From Gemmatimonadota bacterium (lineage in GTDB: Bacteria; Gemmatimonadota; Gemmatimonadetes; JACCXV01), in the NCBI GenBank assembly GCA_046262075.1, contig JBHENL010000104.1, positions 1-36,597 on the forward strand: a stretch of DNA of 36,597 nucleotides, given 5' to 3'. The notes under the pieces are model-generated. The model searched no databases, was not told the origin of the DNA, and saw only the letters and a list, made by a program, of their open reading frames with translations. Within the stretch, counting starts at the first letter, position 1; every line of letters begins with the position of its first letter. Shown here in pieces: positions 28,245 to 36,089 of this stretch. The position numbers and the translations under genes are program-made.

Positions 28245-29204
28245 TCACCCACGTGCGGCCACCTCGACCTCGGCGGGAAGGGTCACCCGGGCCGCATCGG
28301 CCTCCAGGAACTTCTCGGCGTCCATCGCGGCTCGGCAGCCGGCGCCGGCGGCCGTGACCGCCTGCTTGTAGTGCCGATCGTGCACGTCGCCCGCGGCGAA
28401 GACTCCGGGCACGTTCGTGCGGCTCCCCTCGTGGATCACCAGGTAGCCGTCGGCGTCCATCTCCAGCTGGCCGCGGAAGGCTTGCGTGTTGGGGGTGTGG
28501 CCGATCGCCACGAACAACGCGCTCACGGGCAGCCGACGCCGCCGGCCCGTGAGGACGTCCCGCAGCACGACGGCCTCGAGCTCGGTCGCACCCAGGTACT
28601 CCACGACGACGGCGTTCCACACGAACTCGATGCGCGGGTTCGCGAACGCCCGCTCCTGCATGATCTTGGACGCCCGCAGCTGACCGCGGCGGTGGATCAC
28701 GTGCACGCGCGAGGCAAAGCGTGTGAGGAAGATCGCCTCCTCCATGGCGGAGTCCCCGCCACCCACGACCGCGATCTCCCGCTCCCGGAAGAAGAAGCCG
28801 TCGCAGGTCGCGCAGGAGGAGACTCCGCGGCCGACGAGCTCCTTCTCGCGCGGGAGCCCCAGCCAGCGCGCGCTCGCACCCGAGGCCACGATGAGGGACC
28901 GGGCCAGGTGCTCCGCTCCGTCGACACGGATGCGGAACGGCCGCTCCGAGAGCTCCGCGGTCTCGAGCGTGCCGCGGATCACTTCCGCGCCGAAGCGCTC
29001 CGCTTGCTCTCGCATGCGGCGCACCAGCTCCGGCCCCTGGATCGCTTCGGGAAAGCCCGGGAAGTTCTCGACGTCCGTCGTCAGGCTGAGCTGACCGCCG
29101 GGCTCGAGCCCCTCCACCACGAGGGGCTGCAGGTTCGCACGGGCGGCATAGATCGCCGCGGTGTAGCCGGCGCACCCGGAGCCGATCACGATGACGTGGC
29201 GCAT
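28245..29204 (-). CDS. trxB: Thioredoxin-disulfide reductase
   Basis: IGSGCAGYTAAIYAARA, GGQLSLTTDVENFPGF, GVSSCATCDGFFF, VGGGDSAMEEA, FAAGDV..YKQAVTAAG. Confidence 0.96.
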   Translation of the reverse strand: MRHVIVIGSGCAGYTAAIYAARANLQPLVVEGLEPGGQLSLTTDVENFPGFPEAIQGPELVRRMREQAERFGAEVIRGTLETAELSERPFRIRVDGAEHLARSLIVASGASARWLGLPREKELVGRGVSSCATCDGFFFREREIAVVGGGDSAMEEAIFLTRFASRVHVIHRRGQLRASKIMQERAFANPRIEFVWNAVVVEYLGATELEAVVLRDVLTGRRRRLPVSALFVAIGHTPNTQAFRGQLEMDADGYLVIHEGSRTNVPGVFAAGDVHDRHYKQAVTAAGAGCRAAMDAEKFLEADAARVTLPAEVEVAARG

Positions 29205-29443
29205 GAGGTGGGGCGGAGAGGGTGGAGGGGGGCGCGGACAAGATACCGGCGACAGGACACGCCGGGCAACGCGACCCCGCGCAGCCAATTCTACCGACGG
29301 TCCTCGTGGACGCGTGTAAAAACTACGCGTGCAATGAGTCGTACGGCTGCGCGCTCCCCGCTGTTCCGCTCGGGCCTGGAGCTTGCGTACGGCGTGAGGT
29401 CATCCGAATCGCCCGACCGCGACAACTGCAGCCGGAGCCGTCG

Positions 29444-29641
29444 ATGACCTACGAAATGAAGAAGGACGAGATCGTGCTCCATCTGACGTGGGACGAGGTC
29501 GAGAAGCTGCCTGCAAGCCTGCCCATCCGCTGGAAGGTCGGCGTCGGGTACGTCATGCCGCCCAGCGGCGCGCTGCTGGCTCGGGTCCGCCGCGCTCTGG
29601 CGGAGCCGTTCAAGCCCGCCATCCCCGACGTCGCCGCCTGA
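29444..29641 (+). CDS. Small hypothetical protein (65 aa)
   Basis: GGAG RBS and ATG; MTYEMKKDEIVLHLTWDEVEKLP...; GC3-rich codons; followed by a terminator. Confidence 0.65.
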   Translation: MTYEMKKDEIVLHLTWDEVEKLPASLPIRWKVGVGYVMPPSGALLARVRRALAEPFKPAIPDVAA

Positions 29642-29667
29642 GCGCGGTCGTTCCGCACCGCAAACGC

Positions 29668-29706
29668 GAAACCGCGCGCCCGCTCCGGCCGGCGCGCGGT
29701 TTCTTT
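29668..29706 (+). terminator. Intrinsic terminator (likely bidirectional)
   Basis: GAAACCGCGCGCC...GGCGCGCGGTTTC-TTT between convergent genes. Confidence 0.7.
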
Positions 29707-29783
29707 GCTAGCGCCTCACGCCCGGCTGGCGTAGGTGCCGCCAGCCCGGGCTTCGCCGCTTCCCCGGCATCCCGCTTGCTCGC

Positions 29784-31130
29784 CTAGAAACGACCCCCGC
29801 CGCTCAGGTAAAGCTTCGCCCCCTCGCTGCTCCCCAGCGCCGCCCCGAGCCGGGCCACCACGTCGTTGGGTGCCAGGATCCTCAGCTCCGTCCCGAACGA
29901 CTGCTCCATGTCGCCGAGGCTCACGTCCTCGGTGAGGTCGCGGTAGACGCCGCCGGACTCGACGAACAGGGACGCGTCGAGCGCGGCCTGTCCCGCGGCC
30001 TCGGTCCACACCCTCCGCCGCAGCTCCGCGGCGCCGTAGAGCAGGTCGTTGTCCTGGAAGCGGAAGCTGGAGAAGCTCCGCAGGAAGCTGCCCCCACCCA
30101 GGCTCGAGAGATAGTAGAAGGGCACCAGCACCTGATCCTCCCCCGGCTCCTGGTGCACGCCGAGGAGGCGCACCGCGAAGACGCGCGTCTCGTCGGGCAG
30201 CGGCAGGTAGCCGACGAGCTCACCCGCGAAGCGATCGACGTCGAAGGGCGTCTCGGACACGCCGCGGAAGAGGTCCGCCGAGCCCGCGAGGAGCAGCCCC
30301 CGGTCCGGATTGTTCGGATCGTTACGGCTGTCGTAGGCGAGGAAGCCGCCGTACTGCCCGTACTCCGCCGCCTCACCCGAGATGCCGGGGAGCTCCGCGC
30401 CAACCCCCGGCAGCAGGCTGTCCTGGAAGAACGCCTGCGTGTCCTCCACGTCGTCGTTCTCACCCCCGCGCAGGTTGTTCTTGCGCCAACCCCCCCGGGC
30501 GCCGACCCGCACGTTCTCGGCGAACAGCACCGCTCCGTCGCCGAGCAGCCGGATCTCCTCCTGACGGTAGTCGGTGGCTGGATCCTGCTCGTCCTCGTCG
30601 ATGAACTCCGGGCTGTCCATCCCGAGGCCAGCGAACTCGTCCTCCGTGTCGAGGTCGTAGCTGCCCGTGACCCGCAGGTAGCGGTCGCCGCGGTCCGTGC
30701 GGACGCCGACGAACGCCTCGTGCTCCTGGTACCGCTTGGTCGTGTACCCCACCGACGCGCCCGCCCAGACCGGAGCGGGATAGGCGACGTAGCCCACCGA
30801 CAAGCCGATGCCGGAGTTCGAGCCGAGGCTGCCGGGATTGATGCGAAAGCCCTCGATGCTGCCCGAGCCGCTGCCGATCAGGCCCTTCTCGACGCCGAAC
30901 TCGACGAGCGGCGCGAGCCCGAGAGACACGACGCGGTGCACGCCGAAGAGGATCGCGTCGGGCCCCTCGAGGTCGGCTTCCGTGAGCCGCTCCCGGGGCT
31001 CCAGTGGCTCCGGCGAGACCGCCCCCTCGAACGGCGGCTGCTGCGCATCGATCCCAGCCGGGCGCAGACAGACGAGGAACAACAGGCTCCCGGCGCAGCG
31101 GAGCCACCACCACCCGACGTGACGGTTCAT
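29784..31130 (-). CDS. Omp85 (BamA/TamA-family) outer-membrane beta-barrel without evident POTRA domains
   Basis: Signal peptide; YDSRND..NPDRG, loop-6 motif LGGGSFLRSF..FRFQD, ELR, FVESGGV, terminal Phe (YLSGGGRF). Confidence 0.8.
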   Translation of the reverse strand: MNRHVGWWWLRCAGSLLFLVCLRPAGIDAQQPPFEGAVSPEPLEPRERLTEADLEGPDAILFGVHRVVSLGLAPLVEFGVEKGLIGSGSGSIEGFRINPGSLGSNSGIGLSVGYVAYPAPVWAGASVGYTTKRYQEHEAFVGVRTDRGDRYLRVTGSYDLDTEDEFAGLGMDSPEFIDEDEQDPATDYRQEEIRLLGDGAVLFAENVRVGARGGWRKNNLRGGENDDVEDTQAFFQDSLLPGVGAELPGISGEAAEYGQYGGFLAYDSRNDPNNPDRGLLLAGSADLFRGVSETPFDVDRFAGELVGYLPLPDETRVFAVRLLGVHQEPGEDQVLVPFYYLSSLGGGSFLRSFSSFRFQDNDLLYGAAELRRRVWTEAAGQAALDASLFVESGGVYRDLTEDVSLGDMEQSFGTELRILAPNDVVARLGAALGSSEGAKLYLSGGGRF

Positions 31131-31271
31131 CCGAGTCTCTCCACGAGAGATATTGGGGGGAGGGAGGAGGGCCTGGATCGGCGGAGATCAACTAAGCCGC
31201 GCGCCCGAGTTCTGTCAATCGCCGCGGGGCGCGTGACGCGGGAACGCCGCTCACCTGTTGCAGGGAGCCGA

Positions 31272-31976
31272 ATGGGAGAGCCCTTCACCGTCGTCTTCGA
31301 GAGTCGCCTCCCCCACGGCGTATGCGTCGGCGTGGCGCTCCCGGAGCCCGGCGGCGAGACGCGCGCCGGCCTGGAGCGACTGCACCCGCGCGAAGCCGCG
31401 CACGCGTGGGAGATGCCGCCGTTCCGTCGCGCGCGGTGGGTCGGCGGCCGTCTGGCGCTCGCGCGGGCCCTCGCCGGCATGGGCGTCGAGGATGCCGCCG
31501 TCCTGGTCGCCGAGGGCGGTGCACCGGACCTGCCGCCCGGCTGCGTCGGGTCGGTGAGCCACAAGCGCGCTCTCGCGGTCGGCCTCGCCGCCCCCGACGA
31601 AGGCTGCCGCGTCGGCGTGGACGTCGAGGAGCGCCGGCCCGTGCACCCGCGGCTGGCGCAGCGCGTGCTCACGGCGGATGAGCGGCGCACGCTCTCCTCG
31701 GCCGCGCCGGGCTCGCCGGCCGCCGACCTCCTGCTGCGCTTCTCGCTGAAGGAGGCGCTCTACAAGGCCCTCCATCCGTGGGTGCGCCGCCGCGTGGGGT
31801 TTGCCGAAGTCGAGGTCGAGCCCCGCCCCGGCGGGCAAGCCGACGTGCGGCTGCTCCTCGAAAGCCTGGAGGCGGACCTCGTCGCCGAGGCCGGCTGGCA
31901 CCTCCTGGCCGGGCACCTCGTGACGACCGCGCGTCTCAGCTCCCGAGATAGCTCGTCTCCCAGGGCGAGACGCTGA
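31272..31976 (+). CDS. 4'-phosphopantetheinyl transferase (EntD/Sfp type)
   Basis: GGGAG RBS; GRLAL..AL, GAPDLP..CVGSVSH, VGVDVE, FSLKEALYKA. Confidence 0.88.
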   Translation: MGEPFTVVFESRLPHGVCVGVALPEPGGETRAGLERLHPREAAHAWEMPPFRRARWVGGRLALARALAGMGVEDAAVLVAEGGAPDLPPGCVGSVSHKRALAVGLAAPDEGCRVGVDVEERRPVHPRLAQRVLTADERRTLSSAAPGSPAADLLLRFSLKEALYKALHPWVRRRVGFAEVEVEPRPGGQADVRLLLESLEADLVAEAGWHLLAGHLVTTARLSSRDSSSPRARR

Positions 31977-32361
31977 AGGCGATTCCGGGCTGAGCACCCG
32001 CCACGAGCACGGTCGTGCCGTCCTCGGCCGCGACGGCGGAGCGGACGACCGTGGGATCGCGGACGAACACCAGCGTGCCCGCGGGCGCGTCGACGTCCTC
32101 CCCGTCCACGCGGAATCGCGCGCGACCGCGGCTCACGAAGTAGAGCTCCTCGTGCCCCTCCAGTCCCGGCCCCTCGGCAGGGACCTCGTCGTGCTCGGGT
32201 ACGAGGGCGTCGCCCGCGCTGCGCGCGACGTAGGCGTTCACTCCGAAGCCGAGGATGCCCAGGTGGTGTCGGATGGGCTTCCAGTCGGGTGCCGGGGCCC
32301 CGCGCATCCGGCGCGCGGGGATCTCGTCCAAGTGGGTTCGGGTCCAGCGAGGCTGGCGCAT
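31936..32361 (-). CDS. Cupin-domain protein
   Basis: GGGGAG RBS; PIRHHLGILGFGVNAY, EHDE, HEELYFVSRGRARFRVDGE..DAPAGTLVFV. Confidence 0.8.
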   Translation of the reverse strand: MRQPRWTRTHLDEIPARRMRGAPAPDWKPIRHHLGILGFGVNAYVARSAGDALVPEHDEVPAEGPGLEGHEELYFVSRGRARFRVDGEDVDAPAGTLVFVRDPTVVRSAVAAEDGTTVLVAGAQPGIAFSVSPWETSYLGS

Positions 32362-32401
32362 GCGCTCCCCCTGTCGCGAATGGATCTTGACGGACTGGCG
32401 A

Positions 32402-32476
32402 TAACCGGCTAAATCATGAACGACGGTTCAGCGTAATCCCCACGTCACTAACCTGTCAAGACTTCTTCGTAGGTTA
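32402..32476. promoter_or_regulatory. Two palindromic operators TAACC-N18-GGTT(A/C) in a divergent promoter region
   Basis: 32402-32429 TAACCG..CGGTTC and 32449-32476 TAACCT..AGGTTA. The second overlaps the CGNR gene ATG and a minus-strand TTGACA-N18-TACGCT promoter. Confidence 0.7.
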
Positions 32477-33123
32477 TGCCAGCCCTGACGCGCGATTCGA
32501 CGCTCGATCCCACGCGCCTCCTCCTGCGCGGCGGCCGCCTATGTCTGGACTTCGTGAACACGGTCGACCCGCGCGCGGGGGAAGCGAACCGCGACTACCT
32601 GTCGACCTACCCCCAGCTCTTGAGCTGGGGCGTGCACGCCGGTGCGCTCCGCGCCGAGGAAGGGCGACAGCTGCTCTCGCACGCAGCGGACCACCCGCGC
32701 CGTGCGGGCCATGTCGTGGAGCACGCCTCTGCGTTTCGGGAGGCGCTCCATCGCGTGCTCTCGGCCGCCGAGGCGGACACCTCGGCCCACGAGGACGACC
32801 TCGAGGAGGTGAACCGGACGCTCGCCGGGGCCATGGCACACGCGCGGGTGGTGCCCGACGGGGAGGGCTTCACGTGGGAGTGGGATCCCGTCGCCGACGC
32901 GCTCGACCGGGTGCTGTGGCCCGTGGCGCGCTCGGCCGCCGACGTCCTGACCTCGGGCGAGCTGGCGCGCGTGCGGTCCTGCGCGAGCCACGACTGCGGC
33001 TGGCTCTTCCTCGACGTGAGCAAGAACCGCAGCCGCCGCTGGTGCACCATGGAGTCCTGCGGCAACCGAGCGAAGGTCCGCCGGCACTACGCGCGGCGGC
33101 GGCGTGCCGCCGCAAGGAGCTAG
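32476..33123 (+). CDS. ABATE/CGNR zinc-finger transcriptional regulator
   Basis: GGRLCLDFVNT; C-terminal RVRSCASHDCGWLFLDVSKNRSRRWCTMESCGNRAKVRRHYAR. Confidence 0.93.
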   Translation: MPALTRDSTLDPTRLLLRGGRLCLDFVNTVDPRAGEANRDYLSTYPQLLSWGVHAGALRAEEGRQLLSHAADHPRRAGHVVEHASAFREALHRVLSAAEADTSAHEDDLEEVNRTLAGAMAHARVVPDGEGFTWEWDPVADALDRVLWPVARSAADVLTSGELARVRSCASHDCGWLFLDVSKNRSRRWCTMESCGNRAKVRRHYARRRRAAARS

Positions 33124-33574
33124 TGCGACTCGCCTGCGCATCCCTCCGCCGCTGATCGCGCTCTCCTGCCTGGCCGCCGCCTGGATCGTCCAGCGGGCTG
33201 CTGCCCTTCCACGCATCGTCTCACCTCCGTGGAGCTGGGCCGGCATCCTGTTCGTCTTGGCCGGGCTGGCGCTGACCGCGTGGGGTGCTGCGACCTTCCG
33301 GCACCGGGCAACGACCATCGATCCCTTCGGCGTTCCCTCTCGTCTGGTCCAGGAGGGGCCGTTCCGCCGCACGCGCAATCCCATGTACCTGGGGCTCACC
33401 TCCGCGCTGCTCGGCGTCGGGCTGCTGGCCGGGACGCCTGCCTTCCTCCTCGTGCCGGTGGTCTTCGCGGTCACGATCCAGCTGCTCTTCGTGCCGCTGG
33501 AGGAGCGGAAGCTCGCTCGACTCTTCGGCGAGGAGTACGGAGGCTATCGTCGGCGCGTTCGCCGGTGGTTCTGA
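33104..33574 (+). CDS. Isoprenylcysteine carboxylmethyltransferase (ICMT/PEMT) family membrane protein; start uncertain
   Basis: RIPPPL, TTIDP...LVQEGPFRRTRNPMYLG, EERKLARLFGEEYGGYRRRVRRW. Confidence 0.87.
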   Translation: MPPQGASATRLRIPPPLIALSCLAAAWIVQRAAALPRIVSPPWSWAGILFVLAGLALTAWGAATFRHRATTIDPFGVPSRLVQEGPFRRTRNPMYLGLTSALLGVGLLAGTPAFLLVPVVFAVTIQLLFVPLEERKLARLFGEEYGGYRRRVRRWF

Positions 33575-33631
33575 GGCACCCCGCATGCACGCGGCCCGCC
33601 GAGCGCCTCGAGCGGCGTTCGCACGTGAGCC

Positions 33632-33660
33632 TTGACAGGAACGCGGCGCTGCGCTAAGAT
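33632..33660 (+). promoter_or_regulatory. sigma70 promoter of the cold-shock gene
   Basis: TTGACA-N17-TAAGAT, implying a ~225-nt structured 5' UTR. Confidence 0.75.
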
Positions 33661-33890
33661 GATCACGCGATAGGTGCACGCACGTGGGTGCGCCGGTACA
33701 CCAGCCACGCCACCGGGACCTGGCTTTCGCGCCAAGGTCCCGTTCTTGTTTGTGGTCCAGTTTCCGGCGACGGCCGGGGGAAGGGTTCCCCTGGCGGGCT
33801 GACAGCCGACCCAATCCGGGCGTCGAATCGCGGACGACCGGACCGGTACCCTATTCCGGATCCGATTACACCAGAGAAGGAGCAGCACAG

Positions 33891-34103
33891 GTGAGCACCA
33901 AGGGAACGGTGAAGTGGTTCAACGACAGCAAGGGTTTCGGGTTCATCACGCCGGAGGACGGGCAGAAGGACTGCTTCGTTCACCACTCCGCCATCCAGGG
34001 CAACGGCTTCAAGTCGCTTTCCGAGGGAGAGCGCGTGGAGTTCGATATCGTGCAGGGACCCAAGGGTCCGGCTGCCGAGAACGTGACGAAGATCACCTCG
34101 TAA
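33891..34103 (+). CDS. Cold-shock protein (CspA family)
   Basis: AAGGAG RBS and GTG; [47 protein letters not shown] (RNP1/RNP2). Confidence 0.96.
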   Translation: MSTKGTVKWFNDSKGFGFITPEDGQKDCFVHHSAIQGNGFKSLSEGERVEFDIVQGPKGPAAENVTKITS

Positions 34104-34131
34104 TCCGAGGCGATCGCTCGAACCAGACGCT

Positions 34132-34162
34132 GCGAGGCCGCCCCAGCCGGGGCGGCCTTCGC
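34132..34162 (+). terminator. Hairpin after the csp gene
   Basis: GCGAGGCCGCCCC-AGCC-GGGGCGGCCT(T)CGC; weak U-tract. Confidence 0.5.
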
Positions 34163-34229
34163 GTCGTGTGGAGGCCCCGCCGCCTGCGCACGCGCGATTC
34201 CCCGGACACGACGCGCACCAGGAGGCCGC

Positions 34230-34481
34230 ATGGCTGGCGAGGACGTCCTCAAGAAGCTCTGGCCGGACGGAACGCCGCCCACCAGCGGCGGACCCTACGA
34301 GTACAAGGGCGTGCGCTTCAAGCTGAGGTCCTCGGGACCCCGGGCGACTGGAGGCTGGTCGTTCCAGCCGTACGGCCACGAGACCCAGGTCTTCGCGAGC
34401 TGGGAGGAGGCCGGTCCGGCGATCGAGGAAGCCTGCACCGCGATCCAGCGCCACCGGGTGAAGCGCAGGGACAACCTCTGA
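34230..34481 (+). CDS. Small hypothetical protein (83 aa)
   Basis: AGGAGG RBS and ATG; GC3-rich codons; no family recognised. Confidence 0.65.
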   Translation: MAGEDVLKKLWPDGTPPTSGGPYEYKGVRFKLRSSGPRATGGWSFQPYGHETQVFASWEEAGPAIEEACTAIQRHRVKRRDNL

Positions 34482-34673
34482 GGCGCGACCCCGCGACCTG
34501 AGATCGGCGGGAGACCGCTCCCGCACGCCGTTCTCCACCCGCGATCGCCGTTCGGCTCCCGCATCCCTCAGCACCCAGCCTAGGCTAGCGACTCCGCGGC
34601 TTCGCCGGAGCGGGGCGCCTCGTCGTACCACGGGCCGGACGCCGCCTTCCGGAATTCGCCCGCTTCGCGGGAC

Positions 34674-34694
34674 GTTGACCTTGATAAGGTCGAC
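34674..34694. promoter_or_regulatory. Palindromic operator-like site
   Basis: GTTGACCTT-GAT-AAGGTCGAC (8/9 inverted repeat), 20 nt upstream of ATG 34715. Confidence 0.45.
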
Positions 34695-34714
34695 TTCCAC
34701 GAAGGGCCGGGTCC

Positions 34715-35209
34715 ATGAACTCCAGAGTTGCGGCCGGCGCGCTAGCCGGCGTGATCGCAGGGATCGTCTTCGGCATCATGATGACCGTGATGACGGCACC
34801 CACCCCCGACGGCGCCCGAATCCCGATGATGGCGATGGTGGCGATGGTGGTCCGCTCCGAGAGCCTGCTCGTCGGGTGGATCTATCATTTGTTCAACAGC
34901 GCCGTGATCGGCGCGCTCTTCGGCTGGCTCCTGGGCGGTCGTGTCCACGGCCTCGGCAGCGGGCTGATCTGGGGCTCAGCCTACGGCATCCTCTGGTGGG
35001 TTCTCGGCGGTCTGATCCTGATGCCCGTGCTCCTGGGAATGCCCCCCTTCGCCCCTCTGCAGATGGCACCCATGCGGCCGGTGGCGATGGGGAGCCTGGC
35101 CGGTCATCTGGTCTACGGCGCCATCCTGGGGCTGGGGCTCGCCCTGGCCTTTCGCGCCAGGCCGGAAGTCGGCAGGCGCAAGAGCAGCCGCCTGCGGCCC
35201 TCGCCCTGA
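34715..35209 (+). CDS. Met/His-rich 4-TM membrane protein (DUF1440/DUF6789-like)
   Basis: GALAGVIAGIVFG, GWIYHLFNS, YGILWWVLGGLILMP, SLAGHLVYGAILG. Confidence 0.75.
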   Translation: MNSRVAAGALAGVIAGIVFGIMMTVMTAPTPDGARIPMMAMVAMVVRSESLLVGWIYHLFNSAVIGALFGWLLGGRVHGLGSGLIWGSAYGILWWVLGGLILMPVLLGMPPFAPLQMAPMRPVAMGSLAGHLVYGAILGLGLALAFRARPEVGRRKSSRLRPSP

Positions 35210-35222
35210 GAGCCTCGCGCGC

Positions 35223-36054
35223 CAGATCTTCGGCGGGGACTGCTCCCTCGAGGGAGTGCCGCAGTTCGAGAACGACCTGATCGACCTGCGGCTGGGGCTC
35301 GACGTCGAAGCCGAGCTCTTCGCGCTGTCGGCGACCTTCGGGCTGACCGACTGGCTCGACCTGAGCGTCGCCGTTCCGGTCATCGACCTCGAGCTCGACG
35401 GCCCCTCGACGGCGAGCATCGAGCCCACGACGGCTGGTGGGGCGCTGCACTTGTTCGGAGGGACGCCCGAGAATCCGGTCCTCGAGGCTCGCAACCAGGC
35501 CAGCGAGCGCACGACCGGCATCGGGGACGTGGCGGGGCGAGTGAAGGCTCGTCTGGTCCGGAACGAGAAGTGGCAGTTCGGCGCGCTGGGCGAGCTACGC
35601 GTGCCGACCGGGCGCGAGGAGGACTTCCTCGGTCGAGGCGAGGTCGAGGCCCGCGGACTGCTGATCCTCTCGGGTACGTTCGCGGGCTTCTCGTCGCACG
35701 CGAACGTGGGCTACCGTCCGGTCGGCGGCGGCGTGGCGCAGGACGCCGTGGAGCTCATCGCGGGGTTCGACCACCGCCTCGCGGACTGGGCCACGCTCGC
35801 CGTGGACGTGCTCGGGTCCTTCAAGGTCGGCGACGAGACGCTCGCGTTCCCGGAGCCTGCGCGTTACGACGCGCCCTTCCCGCGCACGGTGCGTCTCACG
35901 AACGTCCCCAGCCGTCGCGACCGACGGCTCCCTGGGATTCAAGTTCCGCACCGGGAGCGGGATCGTCCTGGTGACGAACGTGCTCGTGCCGCTGAACGAC
36001 GGCGGCCTGCGCGCCAGCCCCATTCCCACGCTGGGGCTGGAGTTCTCCCCGTAG
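35223..36054 (+). pseudogene. Truncated, frameshifted outer-membrane beta-barrel ('transporter', MetA-pathway-like) gene
   Basis: No signal peptide; the frame begins mid-domain (QIFGGDCSLEGVPQFEND). FGLTDWLDLSVAVP, GIGDVAGRVK, LRVPTGREEDFLG, HANVGY. A frame change at ~35922 resumes as DGSLGFKFR...VPLNDGGLR...LGLEFSP-TAG. Confidence 0.72.
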
Positions 36055-36089
36055 GCCGGCGCACGGCGCGCCCGCCGCGCGCCGCGGCA

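Noticed and set aside
18906-29317. Shared 11-mer TGGACGCGTGT at 18906 and 29307
   Set aside because: A single 11-nt match is compatible with chance, and the second half-site is absent at 18906.
4252-35209. Genome-wide UGA reassignment as the explanation for the in-frame TGA
   Set aside because: TGA terminates many conserved genes at their expected C-termini (sgaA, mtkA, ppc, ABC permeases), so it is a normal stop here.
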